A stretch of DNA of 64,000 bases from Escherichia phage FL23: sequence record PP400787; one strand, given 5' to 3'. Below are positions 19,643-28,757 of this stretch, one piece after another (the first letter of the stretch is position 1; each line of letters begins with the position of its first letter). A program made the position numbers and the translations under genes. The notes under the pieces were generated by a model that saw nothing but the letters and a program-made list of their open reading frames with translations, had not been told where the DNA came from and did not search any database.

Positions 19643-20014
19643 ATGTTTAAAATCGGTAAGAAGTATCGTATTCGCGAAGGCGAAGAAAAGAAATATCTAT
19701 TTTCTGCTATTTATAGGAATGGTTCTATTAGTAATGTAATATCTACAAGCGAATTTATCGTTGAAGATATGAAGGGTAATAATGTTACAATGATTAGTAC
19801 AGCATCTGGAAATGATGGAAAAATTCTTCACAGTTTTCAGAGTAATGTTCTAATTTATGATGAAGAGTTTGACCTATTTGAAGAAGTTACAGAAGATTTT
19901 GATTTTGGATGCACCATCACTATGAAATCTGGTGACCCTCTTTCTTTTACAGTTAAAGATGAAAGAAGTCGCTTGAGAATTATTAGTCTCCTTCAAGCCA
20001 TTAAATTTGAGTGA
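19643..20014 (+). CDS. hypothetical protein, 123 aa
   Basis: ORF. Confidence 0.5.
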   Translation: MFKIGKKYRIREGEEKKYLFSAIYRNGSISNVISTSEFIVEDMKGNNVTMISTASGNDGKILHSFQSNVLIYDEEFDLFEEVTEDFDFGCTITMKSGDPLSFTVKDERSRLRIISLLQAIKFE

Positions 20015-20018
20015 AATT

Positions 20019-20279
20019 ATGAAATATGTTAATCGTTCTATCGCGGCATTAGTATTAGCAGTATCTTTAGTAGGATGTACTGATGCTGATAATGCAACCA
20101 AAGTTTTGTCTTCAAGTGGTTTTACTAATATTGAAATTACTGGATATAATTGGTTCGGTTGCTCTGAAAATGATTTCCAACATACTGGATTTCGTGCTAT
20201 TGGACCTACCGGGCAGAAAGTAGAAGGAACCGTATGTTCTGGTCTATTCTTCAAGGATTCGACTATCCGCTTTAAATAA
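20019..20279 (+). CDS. putative lipoprotein, 86 aa
   Basis: Signal peptide with lipobox LVGC (MKYVNRSIAALVLAVSLVGC). Confidence 0.5.
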   Translation: MKYVNRSIAALVLAVSLVGCTDADNATKVLSSSGFTNIEITGYNWFGCSENDFQHTGFRAIGPTGQKVEGTVCSGLFFKDSTIRFK

Positions 20280-20280
20280 A

Positions 20281-20302
20281 AGGCCTTCGGGCCTTTAGCT
20301 TT
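20281..20302 (+). terminator. hairpin terminator
   Basis: aggcc-ttcg-ggcct followed by T-containing tail. Confidence 0.5.
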
Positions 20303-20348
20303 ATGATTACTGGAGTATAATATTCCCGAAACCAAACGAGGATAAGTG

Positions 20349-22166
20349 ATGATTAAGAATGAAATTAAAATTCTGAGCGATATTGAACATATCAAAAAGC
20401 GTAGCGGCATGTATATTGGCTCTTCTGCTAATGAAATGCATGAGCGCTTTCTGTTTGGTAAATGGGAAAGTGTTCAGTATGTACCTGGTCTTGTTAAGCT
20501 TATTGATGAAATTATCGATAACTCAGTAGATGAAGGTATTCGTACTAAGTTTAAATTCGCGAATAAAATTAATGTTACTATTAAAAACAATCAAGTAACA
20601 GTTGAAGATAACGGTCGTGGTATTCCACAGGCGATGGTTAAAACACCTACCGGTGAAGAAATTCCTGGTCCTGTTGCTGCATGGACTATTCCAAAAGCAG
20701 GTGGTAACTTCGGTGATGACAAAGAACGCGTCACTGGCGGTATGAACGGTGTTGGTTCTAGTTTAACTAACATTTTTTCTGTGATGTTTGTCGGTGAAAC
20801 TGGCGACGGTCAAAATAATATTGTAGTTCGTTGTTCAAACGGCATGGAAAATAAATCATGGGAAACTATTCCTGGAAAATGGAAAGGAACTCGCGTTACT
20901 TTCATTCCTGATTTTATGTCATTTGAAACTAATGAGCTATCTCAAGTTTATCTTGACATTACACTAGATCGTCTCCAGACACTTGCAGTAGTTTATCCTG
21001 ATATTCAATTTACCTTTAATGGTAAAAAGGTTCAGGGCAATTTTAAGAAGTATGCACGCCAGTATGATGAGCATGCTATCGTTCAAGAACAGGAAAATTG
21101 CTCTATTGCGGTTGGTCGTTCACCGGATGGTTTTCGTCAATTAACATACGTCAATAACATTCATACTAAGAATGGTGGTCATCACATTGACTGTGTTATG
21201 GATGATATTTGTGAAGACCTTATTCCACAAATCAAACGTAAATTTAAAATTGATGTAACTAAAGCACGCGTTAAAGAATGTTTGACTATCGTCATGTTTG
21301 TTCGTGATATGAAAAACATGCGATTTGATTCTCAAACTAAAGAGCGTTTGACTTCTCCATTTGGTGAAATTCGTAGTCATATTCAGCTTGATGCTAAAAA
21401 GATTTCACGTGCTATTTTAAATAATGAAGCAATTTTAATGCCAATTATTGAAGCTGCTTTGGCTCGTAAATTGGCGGCAGAAAAAGCAGCAGAAACTAAA
21501 GCAGCTAAAAAGGCTTCTAAAGCTAAGGTTCATAAACATATTAAAGCGAATCTTTGTGGTAAAGATGCTGACACTACTCTTTTCTTGACTGAGGGTGATT
21601 CCGCTATCGGATATCTTATTGATGTTCGTGATAAAGAACTTCATGGTGGTTATCCATTACGTGGTAAAGTTCTCAACAGTTGGGGTATGTCATATGCTGA
21701 TATGCTTAAAAACAAAGAACTGTTTGATATTTGCGCAATCACTGGATTGGTTCTTGGTGAAAAAGCTGAAAACTTAAATTATCATAATATTGCAATTATG
21801 ACCGATGCTGACCATGATGGTCTAGGAAGCATTTATCCTTCTCTGCTCGGATTTTTCAGTAATTGGCCAGAACTGTTTGAACAAGGAAGAATTCGCTTTG
21901 TCAAAACTCCTGTAATCATCGCTCAGGTCGGTAAAAAACAAGAATGGTTTTATACAGTCGCTGAATATGAGAGTGCTAAAGATGCTCTACCTAAACATAG
22001 CATCCGTTATATTAAGGGACTTGGCTCTTTGGAAAAATCTGAATATCGTGAGATGATTCAAAATCCAGTATATGATGTTGTTAAACTTCCTGAGAATTGG
22101 AAAGAGCTTTTTGAAATGCTCATGGGAGATAATGCTGACCTTCGTAAAGAATGGATGAGCCAGTAG
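20349..22166 (+). CDS. 39: DNA topoisomerase II large subunit, fused 39+60 form (GyrB-like ATPase plus Toprim), 605 aa
   Basis: ATPase N-terminus and Toprim (EGDSA...DADHDG) in one frame; T4 splits this into 39 and 60. Confidence 0.9.
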   Translation: MIKNEIKILSDIEHIKKRSGMYIGSSANEMHERFLFGKWESVQYVPGLVKLIDEIIDNSVDEGIRTKFKFANKINVTIKNNQVTVEDNGRGIPQAMVKTPTGEEIPGPVAAWTIPKAGGNFGDDKERVTGGMNGVGSSLTNIFSVMFVGETGDGQNNIVVRCSNGMENKSWETIPGKWKGTRVTFIPDFMSFETNELSQVYLDITLDRLQTLAVVYPDIQFTFNGKKVQGNFKKYARQYDEHAIVQEQENCSIAVGRSPDGFRQLTYVNNIHTKNGGHHIDCVMDDICEDLIPQIKRKFKIDVTKARVKECLTIVMFVRDMKNMRFDSQTKERLTSPFGEIRSHIQLDAKKISRAILNNEAILMPIIEAALARKLAAEKAAETKAAKKASKAKVHKHIKANLCGKDADTTLFLTEGDSAIGYLIDVRDKELHGGYPLRGKVLNSWGMSYADMLKNKELFDICAITGLVLGEKAENLNYHNIAIMTDADHDGLGSIYPSLLGFFSNWPELFEQGRIRFVKTPVIIAQVGKKQEWFYTVAEYESAKDALPKHSIRYIKGLGSLEKSEYREMIQNPVYDVVKLPENWKELFEMLMGDNADLRKEWMSQ

Positions 22167-22195
22167 TTTACTTTACCACAAGGATGTGGTATAAT
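22166..22195 (+). promoter_or_regulatory. T4-type early promoter
   Basis: gtttactttaccacaaggatgtggtataat. Confidence 0.65.
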
Positions 22196-22220
22196 TAATT
22201 GGGCAAATGAGGATATTGAA

Positions 22221-22424
22221 ATGAAATCATATAAAGTAAATTTAGAACTTTTTGATAAAGCAGTTCATCGAGAATATAGAATCATTCAACGCTTTTTCGA
22301 TATGGGAGAAGCCGAAGAGTTTAAAAACCGCTTTAAGGATATTAGAGATAAAATTCAATCCGACACTGCAACTAAAGATGAACTACTAGAAGTTGCTGAA
22401 GTTATTAAACGCAATATGAATTAA
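22221..22424 (+). CDS. hypothetical protein (rIIA.1 position), 67 aa
   Basis: ORF with GAGGA RBS. Confidence 0.55.
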   Translation: MKSYKVNLELFDKAVHREYRIIQRFFDMGEAEEFKNRFKDIRDKIQSDTATKDELLEVAEVIKRNMN

Positions 22425-22434
22425 TGAGGAAATT

Positions 22435-24612
22435 ATGATTATCACCACTGAAAAAGAAACAATTCTTGGTAATGGTTCTAAATCAAAGGCATTTAGCATC
22501 ACAGCATCTCCTAAAGTATTTAAAATTTTGTCATCTGATTTGTATACAAACAAGATTCGCGCAGTAGTCCGCGAATTGATTACCAACATGATTGATGCCC
22601 ATGCTCTCAATGGAAATCCTGAAAAATTTATCATTCAAGTTCCAGGACGATTAGATCCGCGATTTGTTTGTCGAGATTTTGGTCCAGGTATGAGCGATTT
22701 TGATATTCAAGGTGATGATAATTCTCCTGGGTTGTATAATTCATACTTCAGTTCATCTAAAGCTGAATCTAACGATTTCATTGGTGGATTTGGTTTAGGT
22801 TCTAAATCTCCATTTAGTTATACTGATACGTTTAGTATTACTTCATATCATAAAGGTGAAATTCGTGGTTATGTAGCTTATATGGATGGTGATGGTCCAC
22901 AGATTAAACCTACATTCGTAAAAGAAATGGGTCCAGATGATAAAACTGGTATTGAAATCGTAGTTCCAGTTGAAGAAAAAGACTTTAGAAACTTTGCTTA
23001 TGAAGTTTCTTATATCATGCGACCGTTCAAAGATTTGGCTATCATTAATGGTCTTGACCGCGAAATTGATTATTTTCCGGATTTTGATGATTATTATGGC
23101 GTAAATCCAGAAAGATACTGGCCAGATCGTGGTGGATTGTACGCTATCTATGGTGGTATTGTTTATCCTATTGACGGTGTTATTAGAGACCGTAACTGGT
23201 TAAGCATTCGCAATGAAGTGAATTATATTAAGTTTCCAATGGGTTCACTTGATATTGCTCCATCGCGTGAGGCTCTTTCGCTGGATGATCGTACTCGTAA
23301 AAATATTATTGAGCGTGTTAAAGAGCTTAGTGAGAAGGCATTCAATGAAGATGTAAAACGATTTAAAGAATCTACATCTCCTCGTCATACATACCGTGAA
23401 TTGATGAAGATGGGATATTCTGCTCGAGATTATATGATTAGCAATTCAGTCAAATTCACGACTAAAAATCTGTCATATAAAAAGATGCAGAGCATGTTTG
23501 AACCTGACAGTAAGTTATGCAATGCAGGGGTTGTGTATGAAGTAAATCTTGACCCTCGACTGAAACGCATTAAGCAAAGCCATGAAACTTCAGCCGTTGC
23601 GTCAAGCTATCGTCTGTTTGGTATTAATACGACAAAAATTAATATTGTTATTGATAATACTAAAAATCGTGTTAATATTGTCCGTGGATTAGCACGCGCG
23701 TTAGATGATAGTGAATTTAATAACACTTTGAATATTCATCACAATGAGCGGCTTCTGTTTATTAATCCGGAAGTAGAATCACAGATTGATTTACTCCCTG
23801 ATATTATGGCAATGTTTGAAAGTGATGAAGTTAACATTCATTATTTGTCAGAAATTGAAGCTTTAGTTAAAAGTTATATTCCAAAGGCAGTAAAAAGTAC
23901 AGCTCCTCGTCCTAAAGCTGCTACTGCATTTAAGTTTGAAATTAAAGACGGGCGCTGGGAAAAAGAGGAACTATTTACGCTCACATCAGAAGCAGATGAA
24001 ATTACTGGTTATGTAGCATACATGCATCGTTCTGATATTTTCTCTATGGATGGTACTACATCGCTTTGTCATCCATCTACGAGTATTTTGACTCGTATGG
24101 CTAATCTTATTGGCATTAATGAATTTTATGTTATTCGTCCGCTTTTGCAGAAAAAGGTAAAAGAACTCGGTCAGTGTCAATGTATTTTTGAAACTCTACG
24201 TGATTTATATGTAGATGCTTTTGATGCTGTAGATTATGATAAGTATGTAGGTTATTCAAGTTCAGCTAAACGATACATTGATAAAATTATCAAGTATCCT
24301 GAGTTAGATTTTATGATGAAGTACTTCAGTGTAGATGAAGTTTCTGAAGAATATACACGACTCGCTAATATGGTTAGTTCATTACAGGGTGTATATTTCA
24401 ACGGTGGAAAAGATACCATCGGTCATGACATCTGGACAGTAACTAATCTTTTTGATGTATTATCAAATAATGCTTCAAAAAACAGTGATAAAATGGTTGC
24501 TGAGTTTACCAAGAAATTCCGTATTGTTTCCGACTTCATCGGTTATCGCAACTCTTTAAGTGATGATGAAGTTTCCCAAATCGCTAAAACTATGAAGGCC
24601 CTTGCGGCCTAA
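22435..24612 (+). CDS. rIIA: RIIA lysis-inhibition/exclusion protein, 725 aa
   Basis: Matches T4 rIIA as recalled; GHKL-type ATPase motifs. Confidence 0.93.
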   Translation: MIITTEKETILGNGSKSKAFSITASPKVFKILSSDLYTNKIRAVVRELITNMIDAHALNGNPEKFIIQVPGRLDPRFVCRDFGPGMSDFDIQGDDNSPGLYNSYFSSSKAESNDFIGGFGLGSKSPFSYTDTFSITSYHKGEIRGYVAYMDGDGPQIKPTFVKEMGPDDKTGIEIVVPVEEKDFRNFAYEVSYIMRPFKDLAIINGLDREIDYFPDFDDYYGVNPERYWPDRGGLYAIYGGIVYPIDGVIRDRNWLSIRNEVNYIKFPMGSLDIAPSREALSLDDRTRKNIIERVKELSEKAFNEDVKRFKESTSPRHTYRELMKMGYSARDYMISNSVKFTTKNLSYKKMQSMFEPDSKLCNAGVVYEVNLDPRLKRIKQSHETSAVASSYRLFGINTTKINIVIDNTKNRVNIVRGLARALDDSEFNNTLNIHHNERLLFINPEVESQIDLLPDIMAMFESDEVNIHYLSEIEALVKSYIPKAVKSTAPRPKAATAFKFEIKDGRWEKEELFTLTSEADEITGYVAYMHRSDIFSMDGTTSLCHPSTSILTRMANLIGINEFYVIRPLLQKKVKELGQCQCIFETLRDLYVDAFDAVDYDKYVGYSSSAKRYIDKIIKYPELDFMMKYFSVDEVSEEYTRLANMVSSLQGVYFNGGKDTIGHDIWTVTNLFDVLSNNASKNSDKMVAEFTKKFRIVSDFIGYRNSLSDDEVSQIAKTMKALAA

Positions 24613-24623
24613 TAAGGAAAATT

Positions 24624-25562
24624 ATGTACAATATTAAATGCCTGACCAAAAACGAACAAGCTGAAATTGTCAAACTGTATTCAAGTGGTAATTACACCCA
24701 ACAGGAATTGGCTGATTGGCAAGGTGTATCGGTGGACACAATCCGTCGTGTTTTGAAAAATGCTGAAGAAGCTGAGCGCTCCAAAGTTACCATTAGCGGT
24801 GACATTACAGTTACAGTTAATAGCGATGCAGTTATTGCTCCAGTTGCTAAATCTGATATTGTTTGGAATGCATCTAAAAAATTCATTTCAATTACCGTTG
24901 ACGGCGTAACTTATAACGCAACTCCTAATACTCATTCAAACTTCCAAGAAATTCTTAATCTGCTTGTTGCAGATAAATTGGAAGAAGCTGCGCAAAAAAT
25001 TAACGTTCGTCGCGCTGTTGAAAAATATATTTCCGGTGATGTTCGAATTGAAGGTGGAAGCTTGTTCTATCAAAACATTGAATTACGGTCTGGTTTAGTT
25101 GATCGTATTCTCGATTCGATGGAAAAAGGTGAAAACTTTGAATTTTATTTTCCGTTCCTGGAAAATCTGCTGGAAAACCCAAGCCAAAAAGCAGTATCTC
25201 GACTCTTTGATTTCTTGGTAGCAAATGATATTGAAATTACAGAAGATGGTTACTTCTATGCTTGGAAAGTAGTTCGCAGCAATTACTTTGATTGTCACTC
25301 AAATACCTTTGATAACAGCCCTGGTAAAGTAGTTAAAATGCCACGTACTCGCGTGAATGACGATGATACGCAAACTTGTTCTCGTGGTCTGCATGTGTGT
25401 TCTAAATCTTATATTCGTCACTTTGGCAGTTCAACCAGCCGAGTTGTAAAAGTTAAAGTACATCCTCGCGATGTAGTATCAATTCCGATTGATTATAACG
25501 ACGCTAAAATGCGTACCTGCCAATACGAAGTAGTTGAAGACGTTACTGAACAATTTAAATAA
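24624..25562 (+). CDS. rIIB: RIIB protein, 312 aa
   Basis: Matches T4 rIIB as recalled; follows rIIA. Confidence 0.93.
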   Translation: MYNIKCLTKNEQAEIVKLYSSGNYTQQELADWQGVSVDTIRRVLKNAEEAERSKVTISGDITVTVNSDAVIAPVAKSDIVWNASKKFISITVDGVTYNATPNTHSNFQEILNLLVADKLEEAAQKINVRRAVEKYISGDVRIEGGSLFYQNIELRSGLVDRILDSMEKGENFEFYFPFLENLLENPSQKAVSRLFDFLVANDIEITEDGYFYAWKVVRSNYFDCHSNTFDNSPGKVVKMPRTRVNDDDTQTCSRGLHVCSKSYIRHFGSSTSRVVKVKVHPRDVVSIPIDYNDAKMRTCQYEVVEDVTEQFK

Positions 25563-25575
25563 GGGCTTCGGCCCT
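25562..25575 (+). terminator. GC hairpin after rIIB
   Basis: agggc-ttcg-gccct; weak U tract. Confidence 0.45.
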
Positions 25576-25590
25576 TAACTAAGGAAAATT

Positions 25591-25785
25591 ATGTTAGGTT
25601 ATCAAGCACGAGTAAAAGAAGAATACGATCAATTAATGCTCAAAATTAATGCACTGAGCAAATTTTTAGAAAGTGAAAAGTTTTCAACGGTTAATGCAGT
25701 TGAGCAAGAACTGTTGCTTTCGCAGTTCATCTCAATGAAATCTTACGCGGATTGTTTAGAGAAAAGAATTGCACAGTTCAAATAA
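25591..25785 (+). CDS. hypothetical protein, 64 aa
   Basis: ORF with AAGGAAAA RBS, bracketed by two hairpins. Confidence 0.5.
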   Translation: MLGYQARVKEEYDQLMLKINALSKFLESEKFSTVNAVEQELLLSQFISMKSYADCLEKRIAQFK

Positions 25786-25789
25786 AATA

Positions 25790-25813
25790 AGGGGCTTCGG
25801 CCCTTTTGTTTTA
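25790..25813 (+). terminator. intrinsic terminator
   Basis: aggggc-ttcg-gcccct followed by TTTGTTTT. Confidence 0.75.
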
Positions 25814-25823
25814 AGGAAAAATT

Positions 25824-26153
25824 ATGATTTATTGTATGAATATCGGTGATTCCGACATAAAAGAGATTAAACTGCACGGAAATCATCACGCTAATATTGT
25901 GTACTGCAATAAATTTGAGTTTGGTCATGAAAAACTTGGGGTTCTTTATTGCAATGATGTTATAATCATGGATAAAAAGGAACTCGATGAACTCGACCGT
26001 GAGTCTTTAGATGAAAATGACAGAATTTATTATGGTACTCTTAAAGTATATAACGCTTATCTTAGCGGTAAAAAGGAAAGTCTAAATGCAGAAAACGAAT
26101 CCGGGTTTACAGAGACTATTTCAGATTCCGACATTTACCCTATCGAACAATGA
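25824..26153 (+). CDS. hypothetical protein, 109 aa
   Basis: ORF. Confidence 0.5.
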   Translation: MIYCMNIGDSDIKEIKLHGNHHANIVYCNKFEFGHEKLGVLYCNDVIIMDKKELDELDRESLDENDRIYYGTLKVYNAYLSGKKESLNAENESGFTETISDSDIYPIEQ

Positions 26154-26643
26154 TTTGACTAGTGAAATGAAGGTCAAAATTGCTGATACAGCAAGATACT
26201 CTTTAAAACAAAACCCAAACCAGGATAAAGCAGAAGTCATTGAAAGATGTCGTATCGCTGTGTACGCAGAATTTTTTGTAGCAGATTGGCTGAGCGGGTA
26301 TGTTAACAAAGGCCAAGAGGATGTTAATGACCCATATACATATGCGTGGGATGTATTGGCGCATCCAAGATATTGCGGGCTTCGTGTAGAAGTCAAAACA
26401 CACCAAACTGACTCACGTTGGATTTCTGTAACAACAGGATGCAGCGGAGAGTATCCATACGGTTCTGGAATAAATCTAGGGCCCATTCTGAATCATCAGG
26501 TCGCTGACTGTATAATTATATTCAACACTAAAGAAATTCATCCAGGTGTCATCCAGTACACTCCGAAGTTCATCGGTGATAGAGAAGACCTTCGTAAGGT
26601 TGTAAGAAAAAGCAACTACAACGGATGGTATCTTTCCATTTAA
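26086..26643 (+). CDS. denB: DenB endonuclease IV candidate, 185 aa (start uncertain; overlaps previous ORF)
   Basis: 185 aa and position after rIIB as in T4; start could be internal ATG 26167. Confidence 0.55.
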   Translation: MQKTNPGLQRLFQIPTFTLSNNDLTSEMKVKIADTARYSLKQNPNQDKAEVIERCRIAVYAEFFVADWLSGYVNKGQEDVNDPYTYAWDVLAHPRYCGLRVEVKTHQTDSRWISVTTGCSGEYPYGSGINLGPILNHQVADCIIIFNTKEIHPGVIQYTPKFIGDREDLRKVVRKSNYNGWYLSI

Positions 26644-26659
26644 AAATTTTCACAAAACG

Positions 26660-26690
26660 GTTTACATACCACAAGGACTGTGGTACTATA
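26660..26690 (+). promoter_or_regulatory. T4-type early promoter (copy 1 of a repeated ~50-bp promoter cassette)
   Basis: ggtttacataccacaaggactgtggtactatacaactatcaac. Confidence 0.65.
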
Positions 26691-26723
26691 CAACTATCAA
26701 CTGATACGGATTTGGAGAACAAA

Positions 26724-26930
26724 ATGTTTACTACAGCTGAATTAAAACGAGCAAAAGCTAAGAAAGGGCAAGGAAAATATAAAGCTGAATTAGTTAAAGA
26801 ACTTCAGTTTGCTGAGGCTGAATTGAATTCAATGATTATTCAAAATGCTCCAGAAGCTGAAATCGCTCTTAAACGTATTGCGAATAAGTGTCTTCGTGAT
26901 GCAATCGTCGATCTTTTAGCGGATTATTGA
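26724..26930 (+). CDS. hypothetical protein, 68 aa
   Basis: ATG 26724 downstream of promoter with GGAG RBS. Confidence 0.5.
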   Translation: MFTTAELKRAKAKKGQGKYKAELVKELQFAEAELNSMIIQNAPEAEIALKRIANKCLRDAIVDLLADY

Positions 26931-26958
26931 GTAAAATGAAAATCGTTGAGATTGAACT

Positions 26959-27045
26959 ATGAGTTCACTATGGTGGTGTTTTGTTTGGTTAATTAGTATT
27001 CCAGTAATTTGTTTAACATTTACTTTTGTAGTGAGGTTATTATGA
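26959..27045 (+). CDS. tiny hydrophobic peptide, 28 aa
   Basis: Found by reading; MSSLWWCFVWLISIPVICLTFTFVVRLL. Confidence 0.3.
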   Translation: MSSLWWCFVWLISIPVICLTFTFVVRLL

Positions 27046-27140
27046 AAATTTTGAATTCTGTACTTATTGCTTGCGCGTGGTGGGTTGCACAGGTTTCAGC
27101 GGTAGTAGTTGGTATTCACATTTATTACGAATATTTTTAA
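27042..27140 (+). CDS. tiny hydrophobic peptide, 32 aa
   Basis: Found by reading; GAGG RBS; ATGA overlap. Confidence 0.3.
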   Translation: MKILNSVLIACAWWVAQVSAVVVGIHIYYEYF

Positions 27141-27147
27141 AAAAGTT

Positions 27148-27178
27148 GTTTACAAGACTGTTCCTCTGTGGTACTATA
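27148..27178 (+). promoter_or_regulatory. T4-type early promoter (copy 2)
   Basis: gtttacaagactgttcctctgtggtactatacaactatcaac. Confidence 0.65.
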
Positions 27179-27205
27179 CAACTATCAACTACGGAGGAAC
27201 AGAAA

Positions 27206-27319
27206 ATGAAAAAGATTGTTAAAGCTATATGGAATGTAGTTATAATATTAGTAGTTTTGAGTATATTCCCAATCGTTTTAATGATTGATGTATTAAACGC
27301 TTACTTTGGATTTATGTGA
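27206..27319 (+). CDS. small membrane peptide, 37 aa
   Basis: ATG 27206 after GGAGGAA; hydrophobic. Confidence 0.4.
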   Translation: MKKIVKAIWNVVIILVVLSIFPIVLMIDVLNAYFGFM

Positions 27320-27326
27320 GGAAAAT

Positions 27327-27524
27327 ATGAAGCGTAAACGCAGTGCTTTTACATTTATTGAATGGTTTTTCGATAATATTTTTCCAGCTTTATTCATTTT
27401 CATGCTGATTTTCGCCTTGGGTTCAGTTGTAGTTGGAATCTATTTGATGGCAGTTGTCGGAATGGACATTCATCAAAATGGCTTAAAATCTGTAGTTGAA
27501 ACAATTTGGAATGGTGTAAAATGA
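27327..27524 (+). CDS. small membrane protein, 65 aa
   Basis: ATG 27327 after GAGGAAAA; two hydrophobic segments. Confidence 0.45.
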   Translation: MKRKRSAFTFIEWFFDNIFPALFIFMLIFALGSVVVGIYLMAVVGMDIHQNGLKSVVETIWNGVK

Positions 27525-27631
27525 TGAATTTGCTGAGTGGTTGGTTTTATATTCTTATGTTTTACATTGGCGCAAATTTTCCATATTGGATGGGATGGTC
27601 AACAACTGCATTTGGATTTTATACTCCTTGA
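27521..27631 (+). CDS. tiny hydrophobic peptide, 36 aa
   Basis: Found by reading; ATGA overlap. Confidence 0.3.
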   Translation: MMNLLSGWFYILMFYIGANFPYWMGWSTTAFGFYTP

Positions 27632-27639
27632 GGTGAATT

Positions 27640-27855
27640 ATGAAAATCTTTAAAGATGTAAAAGTTGGTGAAATTTTTTGTTTAGATAATGGTGATCAGT
27701 TAATTCGTATTTCGCCCCTTAAAAGCACTAGCGAGAAAATGACAGTTAACGCTACTTTAGCAAATAACAGCAATGAACGTTTCTGTATTGAAAATGATAC
27801 TGAAACTTATACTGTAGAAGAGTTCTGGGAATTAATCGTCGCAGTCGACGATTAA
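27640..27855 (+). CDS. hypothetical protein, 71 aa
   Basis: ORF with GAGG RBS. Confidence 0.5.
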   Translation: MKIFKDVKVGEIFCLDNGDQLIRISPLKSTSEKMTVNATLANNSNERFCIENDTETYTVEEFWELIVAVDD

Positions 27856-27915
27856 TTTATCGGCCGTATGTATTCATGCGGCCTTGGAGTAGAAAATAAT
27901 TTAGAGGAAATTAAT

Positions 27916-28374
27916 ATGAAATACATGACTGTTACTGATCTGAATAATGCAGGCGCTACTGTTATTGGTACAATCAAGGGTGGTGAGTGGTTTTTGGGAA
28001 TTCCACATAAAGATATTTTATCTAAACCTGGATTTTACTTTTTGGTGAGTAAATTAGATGGTCGTCCATTTAGTAATCCGTGTGTGTCTGCACGATTTTA
28101 TGTAGGTAATCAGCGTTCTAAGCAAGGATTTAGTGCGGTTCTAAGTCATATTCGTCAACGTCGGTCTCAGCTTGCGCGTACTATTGCAAATAACAATGTT
28201 CCATACACAGTATTTTATCTGCCTGCTTCTAAGATGAAACCTCTGACGACGGGATTTGGAAAAGGACAGTTAGCTTTAGCGTTTACTCGTAATCATCATT
28301 CTGAGTATCAAACACTTGAAGAAATGAACCGTATGTTGGCTGATAACTTTAAATTTGTTTTGCAGGCATATTAA
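27916..28374 (+). CDS. ndd: Ndd nucleoid disruption protein, 152 aa
   Basis: From ATG 27916 ([13 protein letters not shown]...) matches T4 Ndd as recalled. Confidence 0.85.
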
Positions 28375-28461
28375 TGAGTAATTTCCATAACGAACATGTG
28401 ATGCAGTTCTATCGTAATAATCTTAAAACTAAAGGCGTCTTCGGACGCCAGTGAGGAAAAT

Positions 28462-28620
28462 ATGAATATCGCAAAATTATTAGGAGTTATTTCATTTATT
28501 TGTTGGATAGTAGCATGTGTTTTAACTATCTGTATTGATGCCAGCAGCGTGTTTTCACAAGCTTTAGCTCAGGGTATGTGTGCATATTTAACATTTGTGT
28601 TGTTATCTACTAATGATTAA
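28462..28620 (+). CDS. small membrane protein, 52 aa (size compatible with ac)
   Basis: GAGGAAAA RBS; hydrophobic; preceded by ggcgtc-ttcg-gacgcc hairpin. Confidence 0.4.
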   Translation: MNIAKLLGVISFICWIVACVLTICIDASSVFSQALAQGMCAYLTFVLLSTND

Positions 28621-28753
28621 GAAAATCTTGGGCTACTCAGTAGCCCTTGCTGCTTTATTGGTAGCACTATATTATGGAGTAATGTTCGGATTAATTCAAG
28701 TCGTGCTTTTCATTTCTGATGTTATTATGGCACTACATTCACTAGTATGGTAA
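28613..28753 (+). CDS. small membrane peptide, 46 aa
   Basis: Found by reading; hydrophobic. Confidence 0.35.
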   Translation: MIKKILGYSVALAALLVALYYGVMFGLIQVVLFISDVIMALHSLVW

Positions 28754-28757
28754 ATTT

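Noticed and set aside
19874-20410. 178-aa ORF on the - strand
   Set aside because: Antisense to several well-supported + strand genes and the gene 39 start; no RBS; typical spurious antisense frame in AT-rich DNA
20349-22166. Gene 60 translational bypass element (50-nt coding gap)
   Set aside because: Looked for because T4 has it; here the topoisomerase subunit is one continuous frame, so no bypass is needed or present
26121-26486. 121-aa and 67-aa ORFs on the - strand
   Set aside because: Antisense within the denB candidate; no translation signals
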